A DNA stretch of 64,000 nucleotides from Lobosporangium transversale (taxonomy: Eukaryota). Shown in pieces: positions 1 through 17,229 of this stretch. The position numbers and the translations under genes are program-made. The notes below the pieces were generated by a model that made no database searches, had not been told where the DNA came from, and saw only the letters and a list, made by a program, of their open reading frames with translations. Numbering within the stretch: the stretch's first letter is position 1; each line of letters opens with the position of its first letter. The stretch lies in NCBI RefSeq assembly GCF_002105155.1, contig NW_019028980.1, positions 248,001 to 312,000 on the forward strand, read 5' to 3'.

Positions 1-945
1 TTGCTCTGGCATATCTCTTCTAAGTTTCCAAAAAGGAATAATGTCCGAAAGAGGATAGAATTGATAGGAGGGCATCACATCATATAATACCATATCATGG
101 ACGTACAGAAACCCCCCGAAATGTAATCAAACATGACAAACTGAATGGGTCACAGTTTTCTCCCTTTATCTTTTATCTTTTTTTCTGTCGATCGATTATA
201 CAAGAATAAATTTCCCATAAGAGCAAAAAAAATAGACCGAGCCCCTCTCGATTATTGTTAAATCTTATGCTTTGGTTATCGACAACAGTCAAGATGATAT
301 ATGATCAAGGCCATTGGCTGGCCTCCAATTATCGCTCAATCATCCAAACACCAAAACCAAAAAGCGATATCAGAAAGATAAAGACAGAAGATGTCCCTCC
401 TGAGAATATTTCGCTCATTTTAGATCGATACCACTATCTCCTTCGCCCTTTGTATTCCAACACATCATCCTTTTATCACTGCAAGGTGAGTAAAAAAAAA
501 GCCTATTTTTTTTGGTGCTGACCAGATTGATGGTGTGTGATAATTAAAGAGGGACAAACTATGACCCATTAAAAAAAAAACGAGCCCCGGATGATTGACA
601 GTCACATCCTCTGATGAATGATTAATTTTGATGACATCCCATCCTCTCTGTGCATCTGTGTTCAAATTCATTCACATAAAAAAATAAAAACTTTAACCCC
701 GCATTCTGAGCATCGCCAGGTTTGGACAACACCCTGTTTTATACTTTTTTTTTTTTTTTTTTAAACCTTGTCATTGCCTCATCACTTTGCCGCAAATAAT
801 AAGCAAAACTTCATGATGAAAAAGACTTTTTTTTTGGGGGGAAGGACCTCTCCATACCCCTATTACTCCCACGCTCAATGGCAACTTGAAAATTTTTTTT
901 CCGCGCTCGATCCTCCACGCTCCCAATTCCCTAATTATTTGTTAC

Positions 946-1146
946 CTTGTAACGATGCATGGAAAGTCTGTCTTCGTACGAAAACAAGGCAACAGTTCTC
1001 ATGGATAATTCGTGAGCAGAACGGAAGACGCGGATGGCGATTTCGCCACGGTTAGCGACAAGAACCTTTTTGAGAACATCATCTGGACGATTGGTGGTTG
1101 AACGACGGATCGTATCGACTGTATGCTCCTGTTGATCGTGAACCAT
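946..1146 (-). CDS. PYC: Pyruvate carboxylase, first coding exon only; gene continues leftwards beyond the window
   Basis: ATG at 1146 gives MVHDQQ...[42 protein letters not shown], the biotin carboxylase N-terminus typical of pyruvate carboxylase. A phase-0 donor AAG|GTAAC follows at 945. The expected next residues (ADEAY) are not found in 1-945. Confidence 0.9.
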
Positions 1147-3769
1147 TTCCAATATACTTTTGTAGTCGATAAAGAGTTAAAATAAGTATAATAAGGTACG
1201 AAGGTATCAAATGTAAAGACAATCAAAGGCGTGTGAGTGGGGAGAGGAAGAAAAAAAGGCAGGGAAGAATAGAAATGTAGAGGCTGAAGTGAATGATATA
1301 CACACTCAGGCAACACAAAGGACAGGAGGATAAGGGCAAGAAAGAAGAAGAAAAGAGGAAAAGGGGGCAGGGTTGGTAGAGAAAAGGAAAAGAAAAAGAG
1401 GAAAGTCAAAAAAAGAGAAAAGAGAAAGCTTTTTAAATTTGACCGTGTCGGTGATCTCTTAATTGGTGCTTTTTCCGCGTTTGTCTCAGCCCAACATTCG
1501 ATGTAAAACATGCTCTCTGAAATGCACACAATAAATTTTAGGACATGTCGCGTTTCTCTTGAAGAGACAGAGCACACCTTTCATCTTCACACTCTAATAA
1601 ACATAGGCACCATCTATGTATCTGCTACATGTATCAGGTTCAACAACCAAACAAATGCATAAGCATCTACTAGACTTTTATCTCTCCCTTGCTTGCTATA
1701 GTATGCAATTGTATTTTCAGCTTCCAAATGAGTGATGATTCAGAAACATGTGCATCTTCCCATTATAACTAGTTGTTAGCCTTCATCTTGCAATTTTATA
1801 TACGAGTATTACAGTATCATCCTGCATTTCCCGTTGGCTCCGCGCTCTTTCCGAAAGGCAAAGAAATACCATGTTATACATGTATACATCCATAACACTA
1901 CAATCTGTCACGGCCTCGTGGACGCATATACCAAAATATGGCTCGTAATAAGACCGTTCCGGGCCGCCTTACTCGCACTGATCTCATTTGGGAAGTGTAA
2001 GTTTACTTAATAGAACATTTATGGATAACAATAAAAATGCATATTTCTACACAACCATGCTACCCATGCACTATATCTGTTTATTCTACACATAAAACTT
2101 TATACCCCCAGCATCCTCAATAACGACTATGCTATTGTTGCAACACTCGCCATCTAATTTATGCTTCCTATTGTGGTATTTGACATGTTATATTTCCCAA
2201 TGTTCCTGAATTCTAGACTAAGTGAGAGTAAAGTGAATCACATATTATTGGATTACAGTATTATATTTACTGATGCGTCCCACGGGACAAGCCTGGATGC
2301 CTCTCTAGCTAAAGAGATGACGCGTCCTTGCTATATAAAAAGTTGGAGATTTAACAGAGTCATAAATTTGAAAAAAAAAAAAAAAAAAAGGGTGACTCAC
2401 GCCATTCCACGATCTCGCTTTATTTTAAAATGTCCACGGACACAAAAGAAAAAAAAAACCAGCTCTCATGCAGTAACCATGAAATATATTAATGGTTATT
2501 AATAAGAATATATACACATTCGTAAATATATACAAATATACTTTACTCTGACTCTTCTTTATGCGAAAGACACAAAGGGCCAGAGTGGTCAAAAGAAAGA
2601 GACAGGTATTGTGGACTGGCCATCACGCAAGTCAACATTTCACGCTCAAGCAAGAGTAACAGCGCATTTCATTTTATTTTTCGTTGATGTTGTTCACTCC
2701 ACCTATTATTTGTTTTTGCTTTTAATATTTAGTTTTACCTATTTTTATTACTGTTATATATTTTATTATTATACATACATGTATATATATATATATATAT
2801 TATTTTTTACCTATTTTTTTTTTTTTTTTTTTGTGTGGTGTGTATGGTGAATGCATGTTAATTCCTCCCGACTTGTTCCTGATCGGAATAAGACTTTTTT
2901 TTTTTTGACTTTCTGTTCCTGCATCACAATGACAGGCACAGACAAATTAGCCCAATGGCCCACTGAAGACATTGCAGCTTTTTTAATCCAAGAGAAGCGC
3001 GGAGACACAAATTTTTGGTCGATGTAACCATTATATTGATGCCATGGAACACGGACATTAGCAAACAACAGTCGATTTTTTTTTATTTTATTTTTTTACT
3101 TTCTCACGGTCCTCTGTCACCCCGCATTTTTTTTATTGCGTTCAACCCCAGTCGCCTCTTTTGTCAAATATGCTACTCCATTGAATCAATTATTTAAACT
3201 CTCCATGTCTGCATGAGCCATCCCGATCGATTGCTATTGGTCAAACCTGGCCGTCTCCGCGAGAAGCCATTGCCCCAATGTAACCATTTAATCGATTTCT
3301 GTGTTTGAAGATACCCTTCTACAATTCCTTCGTCTTTTCCAGAACGGAGCAATTTGGCAGACCTATTAGCCAATCCCAAGTGCATATAAAAGATCTGAGT
3401 CGAATCCATTATCAATCAGAAGACTTCGCTCTAAAGACAACTCTTCTGCATCATCTTTGGTGAATCCTCTAATTGTGGTCAGTGCTTTTTTATCAGATTA
3501 GGAGTAGCTGTAGTTGGCTTTTAAGACAGTTTAGATAGATTAACGGCGTATAGATCTGCGTTGATTCTATAATAATATAAAATACCAGGAGTGGCAGGTA
3601 TAACATATTATATACTATGACATCGATTTCTCACAGCCATACTGTAATTACTATTATTTTATTTCTGTATTTCGTGATCTTGGCGATGTAAACTAACGTC
3701 GTTAATATAAGTATGGAGCATTTCATGTTCAGACATAACATTAAATCAGTTTTTTTATGCGTGCATATA

Positions 3770-6163
3770 CTATGCAGTGGCCTTCATGGGTATAGTGCTA
3801 CCAGTGGAGCGGGCCTTACGTTGCTGAGCCTTGGCTTCATTCAAAAGGCGTTCCTTCTCCAGAATGTCAGAACATTTGAGCCAAGTAGGGACATAATGAC
3901 GGACAAAATAGTTGACCTTAGGGACTTCTGCCGTCTTACCCTTCACGCCTTCTTCCATCTTGCGAGTGGTTTCTACTACATCAACTTCCCCTTTTTGAGA
4001 GTTGTTGGTGCTATTGTTACTCGAGTGATTAGAACATACTAGTCCATTCTTGAATAACTCAGACAATCGACGGCGGTTGTTGTAATATGAAGGCCAGTGC
4101 TTACGAATCCATTGTTCACGCCATTCCGAAAACTTGCATGTTGATTGCTGTTGTTGTTGCTGTTGCTTTCCTTGTTCTTCTAATTTCGCACGAAGAGGTT
4201 CATCTATGGCCTGGTACAATCGCACTAACTCGGTCTTCGACATCGTCGCTGCTTCAAATAGAGATTGAGTCAAATGGATCATCATCATATACACCAGTGT
4301 TTGAAGAATAAGGTTTTCATCGCTACTACTTTTGCCGTTCATTATTGATGGCGATGATTCATCCTTAGGCATGGTCATATACGTCTGAGCCAGCTTCTTT
4401 TCCACATGTGCCCTGAGTTCTCTACGCATCTGCTCATCCAATTCGGCTTCTTGCTTAGTAGCGACTTCATATCGAATCAAAAGATCCTTATAAGCAGCCT
4501 GCGCTTGTTTTGTTGAAGACTCATCCTTGAGGTCTACATTCATTTCTGGCACTTCCGCTCTATTAATCAACAATCCCCAATCACCATCAAATGGTACAAA
4601 TGGCTGAAGTGAGGCTGGAGTCATCTCAAAGGTCGAAGAAGCCATTGTCTGGGCTGCTGTTGGTATCGCTAAGGTATTGCTGCTCATATTGTTAAAGTCA
4701 GAGATTCCATCATTTGTAGGTAGCGAATCTAAGGGGGCTGTTTGATGATGAATCTGTGGAAGATGTGGAACAGTCGATAAGCCAAAGTTAACGGCGCTGT
4801 TGTCGTTACTGTCGAATGCTCCAGCGATATTGCTAGTTGATGATACTATCGCTGATGATGCACCGCCATTTGTGCCGCTGCTGCCGCTATTGCTGCTGCT
4901 GTTGCTATTGTTTGTGGGGAAGGATTCTGAGCCTGGGTGTAAGAGGCTAGCGAGCAAGTTAGCGTGCTCTTTGGACATTCGCCCATCTGTAAACAGAGAT
5001 TGTGAAAGCCGAATGGTCTCTAATTCTTGCCTTAAAAACTGACAGTTGAGTTCTGACTGGATAAGTCGTCGCTGCAAATCTGCTGCCTCCCGTCGTGCTT
5101 CCTTAACCTGATTTTCCAGTGAAGTGATGTACTCTTGCGTATATAAATAGAAAATAGGGTTGGTAAATTATTTAAAGGAAAGCCCAAGTACTTTTTGAGA
5201 AATATCATTCATTGCCACTGACATACCTTTTCTTCGAACTCGAAAGTTACGAGCAGACAGTTTGTTACGGAGCTGCCTACGCTCCTTGCTTGTCATCTTT
5301 TTCAATTCTCCCGCAGTTGGTTTTTTGGGATCCGACAATGATTCACCTGCACTTGAACGACGATGACCACCATCATCATCATCATTATTATTATCGTCGC
5401 TGTCCATAGAAGCATCGTCTTGCATGGGTGGAGAAGGATAAATGGCGTTTTTGTGGCGGTCTTCTAATGGTGAAGATGACGATGATGATCCAGGAGATAC
5501 TGATCTTCCTGAGGAGCTGCCACGAAGTCGTCGCTGTCGGTGCTCTAAATCCGAAGTCTCTGAAGAAGTGCTTCCACGTAAGAGAGTTGACTGCAAGAGT
5601 TGATGTTGTTGATAATGATGTCTTTGATGCAATTGTTGAAGTTGTAGTAGGCGGTGTACCCAAATATCCTGAGACATGGGTTCTGGCCTAGGGACCGCAG
5701 AATGTACATCCGATTCAGACGAAGATGTTGTTGTGATAGGGCTATTCAAAGTCAAGATTTCCTTTTGAAGGGCAACTGGCATTGGTGGAGGGATATTAGG
5801 AGAGAGTTGACGATATGAGAAGGATGTAGAGGGTAGCAAGATTGTGTGGCCTATTGGGATTGTTGTTTGCGATGACTGTTCCTGTACTTGTGCCTGTGCC
5901 TGTGCCTGTTCCTCTGTTTGTGCTTGCTCTGTTACTGTTGCTGTTGTTGTTGCTGTTGCTGTTGCTGTTGCTGTTGATGATAATGATCTAGCAATAGCCG
6001 TGGCTTGCATCGGCTGCATTGGCGTTGATTGGGAAGAGGAGGGAGGGGGGTCTTGAAAGAGTGAGGAAAGGTCATCCACAGTAGCACTAGATGTATCCTG
6101 TGAAAGAAAGTATTGGAGTAATTCCGTATCGTCTGATGAAGGGATAGTATTAGAGAAATCCAT
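3770..6163 (-). CDS. bZIP transcription factor (exons 6163-5227, 5133-3770)
   Basis: Splicing G|GTATGT...AAG|AG joins the basic region KKMTSKERRQLRNKLSARNFRVRRK to EYITSLENQVKEARREAADLQRRL (leucine zipper). Long Q/S/T low-complexity regions flank it. Confidence 0.88.
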
Positions 6164-6712
6164 AATAATAATAATAATATAATAATACAATGTCGATCTA
6201 GTATGTATGAGTGTGTATGTCTGAGATAAATAAAAACGATAAGAATGAGAAATCAAATGAGAAAAACGTTAAAATGGGCAAGAGAGGTGTGGAGGCAAAA
6301 CAAAAAAAAAAAAGAAAAAGAAAAAGGGCTAAGCGAATAGGATATTGGAGCAATTCATGATGTCCAACGACCTTTCATTTTTGCGTTCATGAGCTGAGCC
6401 CAGCCTTCTTTGCCCACAAAAGTGATCGATCGATGCAGGACGCGCGGCATGAGTGTAAATGTGACTTCATTTTTAATGGGTGTTTTTCTATTCTATTCAA
6501 TTTATCCTATGCAGACTTTTTACATGTTAGTGCGCCTGCTGGATTGATGCTATTGAGGCCTACTGCGCTCCCCGTGTGGACTGCACAATGCGTGGTGTGG
6601 TGTGCTTATTTAACTACCCATATCCGTCTCCTTGCGTCAATGGTGCTAGACTAACTACATGGTAGGACTCGGCTCTATCATGCCAAGACGTACGCAATTG
6701 ACACCATGTCGC

Positions 6713-6747
<35 letters not shown>

Positions 6748-7621
6748 ATTTTTTGGCGACAATATTTGTATTTCACTACGCGCTTAATATTTCATTCTAT
6801 TGAAGTAATTGGAGCACTAACATGTAACAAGTATATCAGATATATAAGAAGTAGAGTGTCATGACATCAGAGTAAAAGGCTGCTCTCATGTCTTTGGTAA
6901 TGCTGTCTTTTCCGTTATTGCACGTATTCCAAGGAGAAAGAGTGTGTATGGCAGCGAACTAGCTGAAGATCATTTGTATGAGGCGTCCGTAGGCGAGGCG
7001 GGCCATAACACCGTCCGTACTCTAGCCCTGAGGGGAAAAAAGCATCAGGCAAAGTATATACCATGAAAGCTTAGGTGTCTTTGATGTTATTGCTGTTGTT
7101 ACTACTGTTGTTATCCCTTATGTTGATATTGGTACCAATATTGTGCCTAGTTCCAACATTGAATAGGCCGTTGTGGCATTCTTCATCTTTGATCACTACA
7201 AGTGTATTCTCAAGGCAAGCTTGATCTCAAAAAGAGGTCAACTAACCAAACCTTTGAAAGCATTGTTTTAAAGTTTGATCTTTTCTCCAAAAAAGGAAGG
7301 AGTTCAACAAATAAACAGGTAAGCCACAAAAAAAAAAAAAAAAAAAAAAAAGTAACCAAACTGGACTTTGAGTGTTATGTTTAGTAGTTGAATGTCTTTC
7401 TTTCAAGGCGCATCTCCTTCCCTTGCATCTTTTCTATCCATAATATCCTTCCAATTGACCAGCCTGAGTCATTTCATCTGACCATTCATTTCTCTTAATT
7501 CTTTCCAATTTGTATTTTTGTTTTATTTTATATGTTCCTTTGAGGAACTATTAAAAAAAGTTCGAAGATTTTTATTCCTTCTCTCCACGTTATTTTCCTT
7601 TTTATATAAACATATTTCATC

Positions 7622-10725
<3,104 letters not shown>

Positions 10726-11787
10726 ATAAACTATTCACCATGTTCTGTGACATTTTAGACTTTCTCCTTCCGTTCAGTATACACTTGCTTCCATTTCGCT
10801 GTACTTTTAGTCTCATTTCTCATCCAAGCATACACGACTAGTGCATGCTTTCATTTCCTTTATCATTTATAATCTTCATATTCATGGTAATAAAGCACAT
10901 TACATTTCATTCAATACCAAAAGCTTCTTTCTGACAATCAGCTGTGAATATGGTGAGCTGGGTAGACTCAAATGAAATGAGGAATATGTGTATAACGAAC
11001 GAGAGCTAATGTGTACCTTACGCTTTATATTGATCATGAATTATTCCAGATCAAGAGACGATTTTCACTATATCCAGGAAAAGACTTGATTACGGAACAT
11101 TGCTAATAGCAACAAATTATCTGCGGTTTGAAAACCAAAGGGTAAACGCAAAAAGACACGGTAAAAACTATAAAATGACCATATGAGCATACATTGATGG
11201 ATCAGCAACCCTTTAATCGAAAATATCAGCAATAAAGCCTTTTTTCCTTTTTCAACAACAAAGAAAGGATGGGTGGCCGGGATGGGACAGGGAAAAGACA
11301 TTGGCATAGGTAATGAACGTAAGACTTTCCTTCGTCGTTTTCACTGTACGTAAAAGATCGTTGAAAAGATTATAATAACATTTAGCCACATTCAGGAAGA
11401 ATATCCCGCCAATGATGGCATTACTATGTCCTCTAAAACTGTAGTCATGTGAGTGCACTCCCGAGGACTTCCATGGCGTGAGAGTGTTCATATGATGAAT
11501 AGGCTAAAAAAAAGTGAAAAAAAGTCTTTTCCACGGGAGGACACGGAACTAGAAGTAAGCAACAAAGCACTGTAAAAAAAAAAAAAATGAATTGACCCCT
11601 CTCCCCGCATTGTTTCTTATGCATTCCATCATCATCCTAGTCCACGCGACGCAACGCTTTCCGCCTCCAGACTTTTTTTATTTTTATTTTTTTTAATATA
11701 AATACGCTTCGATTCTGACCAAAGTCTTCATGAATTTTCATCAGTAACTCTTTTTAACCCTCCCCACTCTCACTTGCCTGTAAATAG

Positions 11788-13686
<1,899 letters not shown>

Positions 13687-14243
13687 AAGACTTGTCCACA
13701 TAATGCATGCGATAAATAAATAAATAAATCGCTTTGTTTCCCATAATTAATGTTCATAAAAATATATATCTTTTCAAACTTCTTTATTCATTTTTTTTTT
13801 AAGGGATGTTTGCAAAGCGGAGGCGTCCGTCAAAAGATCGAGAAAAGAAGCAAAGCGTGACCACATCAGGCAACACTTGCGAATATCTTCACGTAAATGT
13901 CGATGATTCGATGCTTCGATGGTGCAACCAAGTGTGAAAATTTTCATTTTTTGCTTTCATTGATGAAAAGGAAATTGTGTAGCAATCAATACATCATCTT
14001 GGACCATGCTTAGATGTCATACTTGCCCAAATCTAATGTTGCTGGCTCCCGTGGTCATGTATTTTTATGATAGTAAGGGTCACCCATAAAATATCTTCCT
14101 TGGACAAGCCAACCTGGCTCTATTATTTAATATAACCTAATAAGCTTTCACTACATTGAAGATTATATTTATTTTTCGTGTCTGTGTCTTCCATTGTTCA
14201 GTCGAAGCACACGCTCCCTTTTTCAATCACATCACGTATTCTG

Positions 14244-14277
<34 letters not shown>

Positions 14278-14444
14278 CTCACAGCGCATTGGTACATAGC
14301 GAGTGGAGTTCCTTCAAAGACAAACTTTTCTTTCTCTCACGTCTTTCTTTCATTTTCCTTCTTCTCAACATCACTTGCTAATTCATCAACTATCTTTCCC
14401 CCCCCCCCACAAACCACAGACTGGGTTACTAAGCGTTTTTTATC

Positions 14445-16160
14445 ATGAAGGTGCTTCTCAATATCTCGTTGGCCGCCCTCTTGGCCACCTCTTCTTTGAT
14501 CGACGCGCTTACGCTGGACCAGTTTCTTGTCAATCCCAAGGTCAAGTCACTGGCACCACATTTGCTCGAAGAGATCAACTCTCAAGGTGCCGAGTCCCTC
14601 ACTACTAATCAACAGGACCATACTAGCCATACTAAGGAAAATAAGCTTCCACTTCTCAACGGTATTATCGAGGCTGTCTCACGCAATATTTTCTATGGTG
14701 CTGACGCTGACTGGTCCAGGCTTGAGGAAGCCAAGCTCAAGGTTATCCAGGAGCATGGTCCCGAAGCTCTTAAAGCCGCAGCAAATCTGACCGAGATTGA
14801 TGCTCAATGTGCCTCTCTCATCGTCAGCAGTATTTACGATACGGTCATTAATTTACCTCCTCCTTCTAAGAGAACTCGTGATGAAGGGGCCGAAAAAGAC
14901 GAGGGACAAAACACTCAACAGAAGGGACAGGAAAACGAAAAGAGCCAGAACGAGGAGTCTACGAAAGATAAAGATGACTTCAGAGAGAATGAAAATAGTA
15001 ATGTAGGCCCCAATTCATCGCCCCTCTGGGATGTCCTTGGCTTTGGCTTGATTAAATCATCAAACGCAGTCAGGATGGCCAAGAGCATTATCTCTCCTTC
15101 ACGTGTTTGTGAGACAACCAATACAGCCTACCTTAAAGGTGTTGATGATATCGTTTACTACAGTAGCTTGACCCATGGTCTTGCCGCGAGTGCTCTTGCC
15201 TCGGCTCCATCAGATTCAGCTATCAAATCTTTGGATACACAAACCATCGTCAATGCAGTTGGCAAACTTGCAATCGAGATTCAGATGGCACAAAGTGTCG
15301 CACGCTTGGTTAAACTCAACCCTGCTGATCCTCAAGTCCGCACCATCATTTACCTGGCCCTTACAGCTGAAAACTCTGGCTCACCTTCTGCCCAAAACGC
15401 GCGAGATATCAATAACCTTGTCTATAACGGCCTCGGAAATGACATCCCTGAGGAAATCCTTTACTCACTTAATGGCCGAGCCGCCCTTTCGCTCATCGCA
15501 AATGGTACCGGTCGTAGTGGATACGGCTCTACATCTCTCAGTAGCATTCCAGTCGTCCGAAGCTTCTTTACCTTCAGCTCTGAGGTATTGACTGCTAATG
15601 GTGTTGGTGACATTCTCAAGTATGTCTTCTGTCCAGAGACTATTCGTGAGGCAGGGCGCACCAAAGTTGAAGTTGTTGACGACATTAAGGAGGGAGCAGA
15701 GGAAGCTGCAAAAAAGGGATCAAAGGCCGCACAAAAGGCTTTCAACATCCCTGAGGGGGCAGCCAAGAACGTAGCGGAGGATGCGAAGGCAAAGAGCCAA
15801 GAGACCAAGGAGAATATCAACAAAGCAGCGAAAAACGTGGCTCAAGAGGCCAAATATAGTGGTGAGAACATCAAAAACAAGATTGAATATGCTGCTGAAA
15901 ACATTCGAGCCAAGGTTGTATCTAGTACAGAAAAAGTCAATGCAGCAGGAGAGCAATTTGCAGAGAGTGTTCACGATACTGCCCATGACGCCAAAAAAAA
16001 TGTTAAGGGCGCCGTTGGTGACATCAAGGGAAAGGCAGTCGAAGAAGAAGAGGCGGCAAAAAAATTGGCAAGCGAAGCAGCTAAGAAAGTTGCAGACCAG
16101 GTGGAGAAAAAAGCTCAACGAGTTGCAGACAAAGCTGATGAGGTTAAGCAGGAGCTCTAA
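14445..16160 (+). CDS. Intronless secretory-pathway protein: signal peptide, EcsC-like helical domain, LEA-like A/K/E-rich tail, C-terminal KQEL
   Basis: 571-aa ORF with hydrophobic N-terminus MKVLLNISLAALLATSSLIDA. LAIEIQMAQSVARL...DPQVRTIIYLAL resembles the EcsC family from memory (not verified). The repetitive AKNVAE/AAKK tail ends in KQEL*. Confidence 0.75.
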   Translation: MKVLLNISLAALLATSSLIDALTLDQFLVNPKVKSLAPHLLEEINSQGAESLTTNQQDHTSHTKENKLPLLNGIIEAVSRNIFYGADADWSRLEEAKLKVIQEHGPEALKAAANLTEIDAQCASLIVSSIYDTVINLPPPSKRTRDEGAEKDEGQNTQQKGQENEKSQNEESTKDKDDFRENENSNVGPNSSPLWDVLGFGLIKSSNAVRMAKSIISPSRVCETTNTAYLKGVDDIVYYSSLTHGLAASALASAPSDSAIKSLDTQTIVNAVGKLAIEIQMAQSVARLVKLNPADPQVRTIIYLALTAENSGSPSAQNARDINNLVYNGLGNDIPEEILYSLNGRAALSLIANGTGRSGYGSTSLSSIPVVRSFFTFSSEVLTANGVGDILKYVFCPETIREAGRTKVEVVDDIKEGAEEAAKKGSKAAQKAFNIPEGAAKNVAEDAKAKSQETKENINKAAKNVAQEAKYSGENIKNKIEYAAENIRAKVVSSTEKVNAAGEQFAESVHDTAHDAKKNVKGAVGDIKGKAVEEEEAAKKLASEAAKKVADQVEKKAQRVADKADEVKQEL

Positions 16161-16490
16161 AGAAAATGATATGCTTTTTGCTTGATTCCCCTCTTTAGTG
16201 TCAATACAATGCGATTATTTTCATTTTTTTTACCTTTACTTCGTACCCCCCAGGTCTACACTCTTGCACAACATGCTCACTTCACTTGTGTAGAAAGGAC
16301 GGCACTCGTAATAAAATTAAAATTTGGAACATGCTTTAAAACGCGACAAAAAATTCTCGTGTTCCCCGTGACATTATAAAACCTTGTCTGTGCCTATTGT
16401 ACCTCTTTCTAGTTTACAACTTTACAACAGTATTGGTGACATCCAAACGAATAAAGATAGCAATCAAAACAGAAAGTGTTCGTTATCACC

Positions 16491-17196
16491 ATGAGCAGGG
16501 TAATGCATAAAACATTTGAAACAATGGAAATGAAAACAAATCTCAGTTCAAACTTTAATAATAATAGACAATTGACATCAATGACTGATGCTATGAATCT
16601 GCATTCATATAGAATCATGATGGAGGGCCTCCTGTGCGGACCAATAACTTTTTCGATATTGGTGTTGTAGGAAGGTATGGGTGGCAAGATTGTTTTGCTT
16701 TTACCACCTATTTTTTGGTCCTAACACATCAATGCCGTTTTTTTTTTTTTTTTTTTTTTTTTTTTTCTTTTCTTTTCGATAACAGACGAACAGGAATTAC
16801 TATGAAGGCCAATGTTAAAAAGGATGCAGATGGACTTGATAATATTGATGACTTTTGGAGCGATGACAAGGATGACAACGTCCATAATGGCTCACAATAC
16901 CAAGGCATTAATATGATGAATAAAAATGGTAATGGTGGTAGCAGTCATGATAACGAAGATTTCAGTACATGGCTAGGATTGCCTTCACCATCAACACAAC
17001 GCCAGCGACGGCAGCAGGAACAACATCAACAGCATTATTTGGAGCAGGATCTCCCAGAAGAGCTTTTATCAACACCTACGTCGCGTCGGTCTCAGCTTGT
17101 ACCTATATCTGAAGGCTCGGGCTCTAGGAGGGGTATGTATTGACACCATTATATTTTAGTTGAATAGTGAGGCATTTTTCAGTTCGTAACGTCTGG

Positions 17197-17229
<33 letters not shown>

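Noticed and set aside
999..1577. 192-aa minus-strand ORF rich in F/L, and many similar poly-F or poly-K ORFs across the window
   Set aside because: These are translations of CT-rich promoter/UTR sequence and poly(A/T) tracts; they have no protein-like motifs and often non-ATG starts.
3194..3415. 73-aa minus-strand ORF downstream of the bZIP gene
   Set aside because: Non-ATG start, no recognisable motif and no supporting splice structure.
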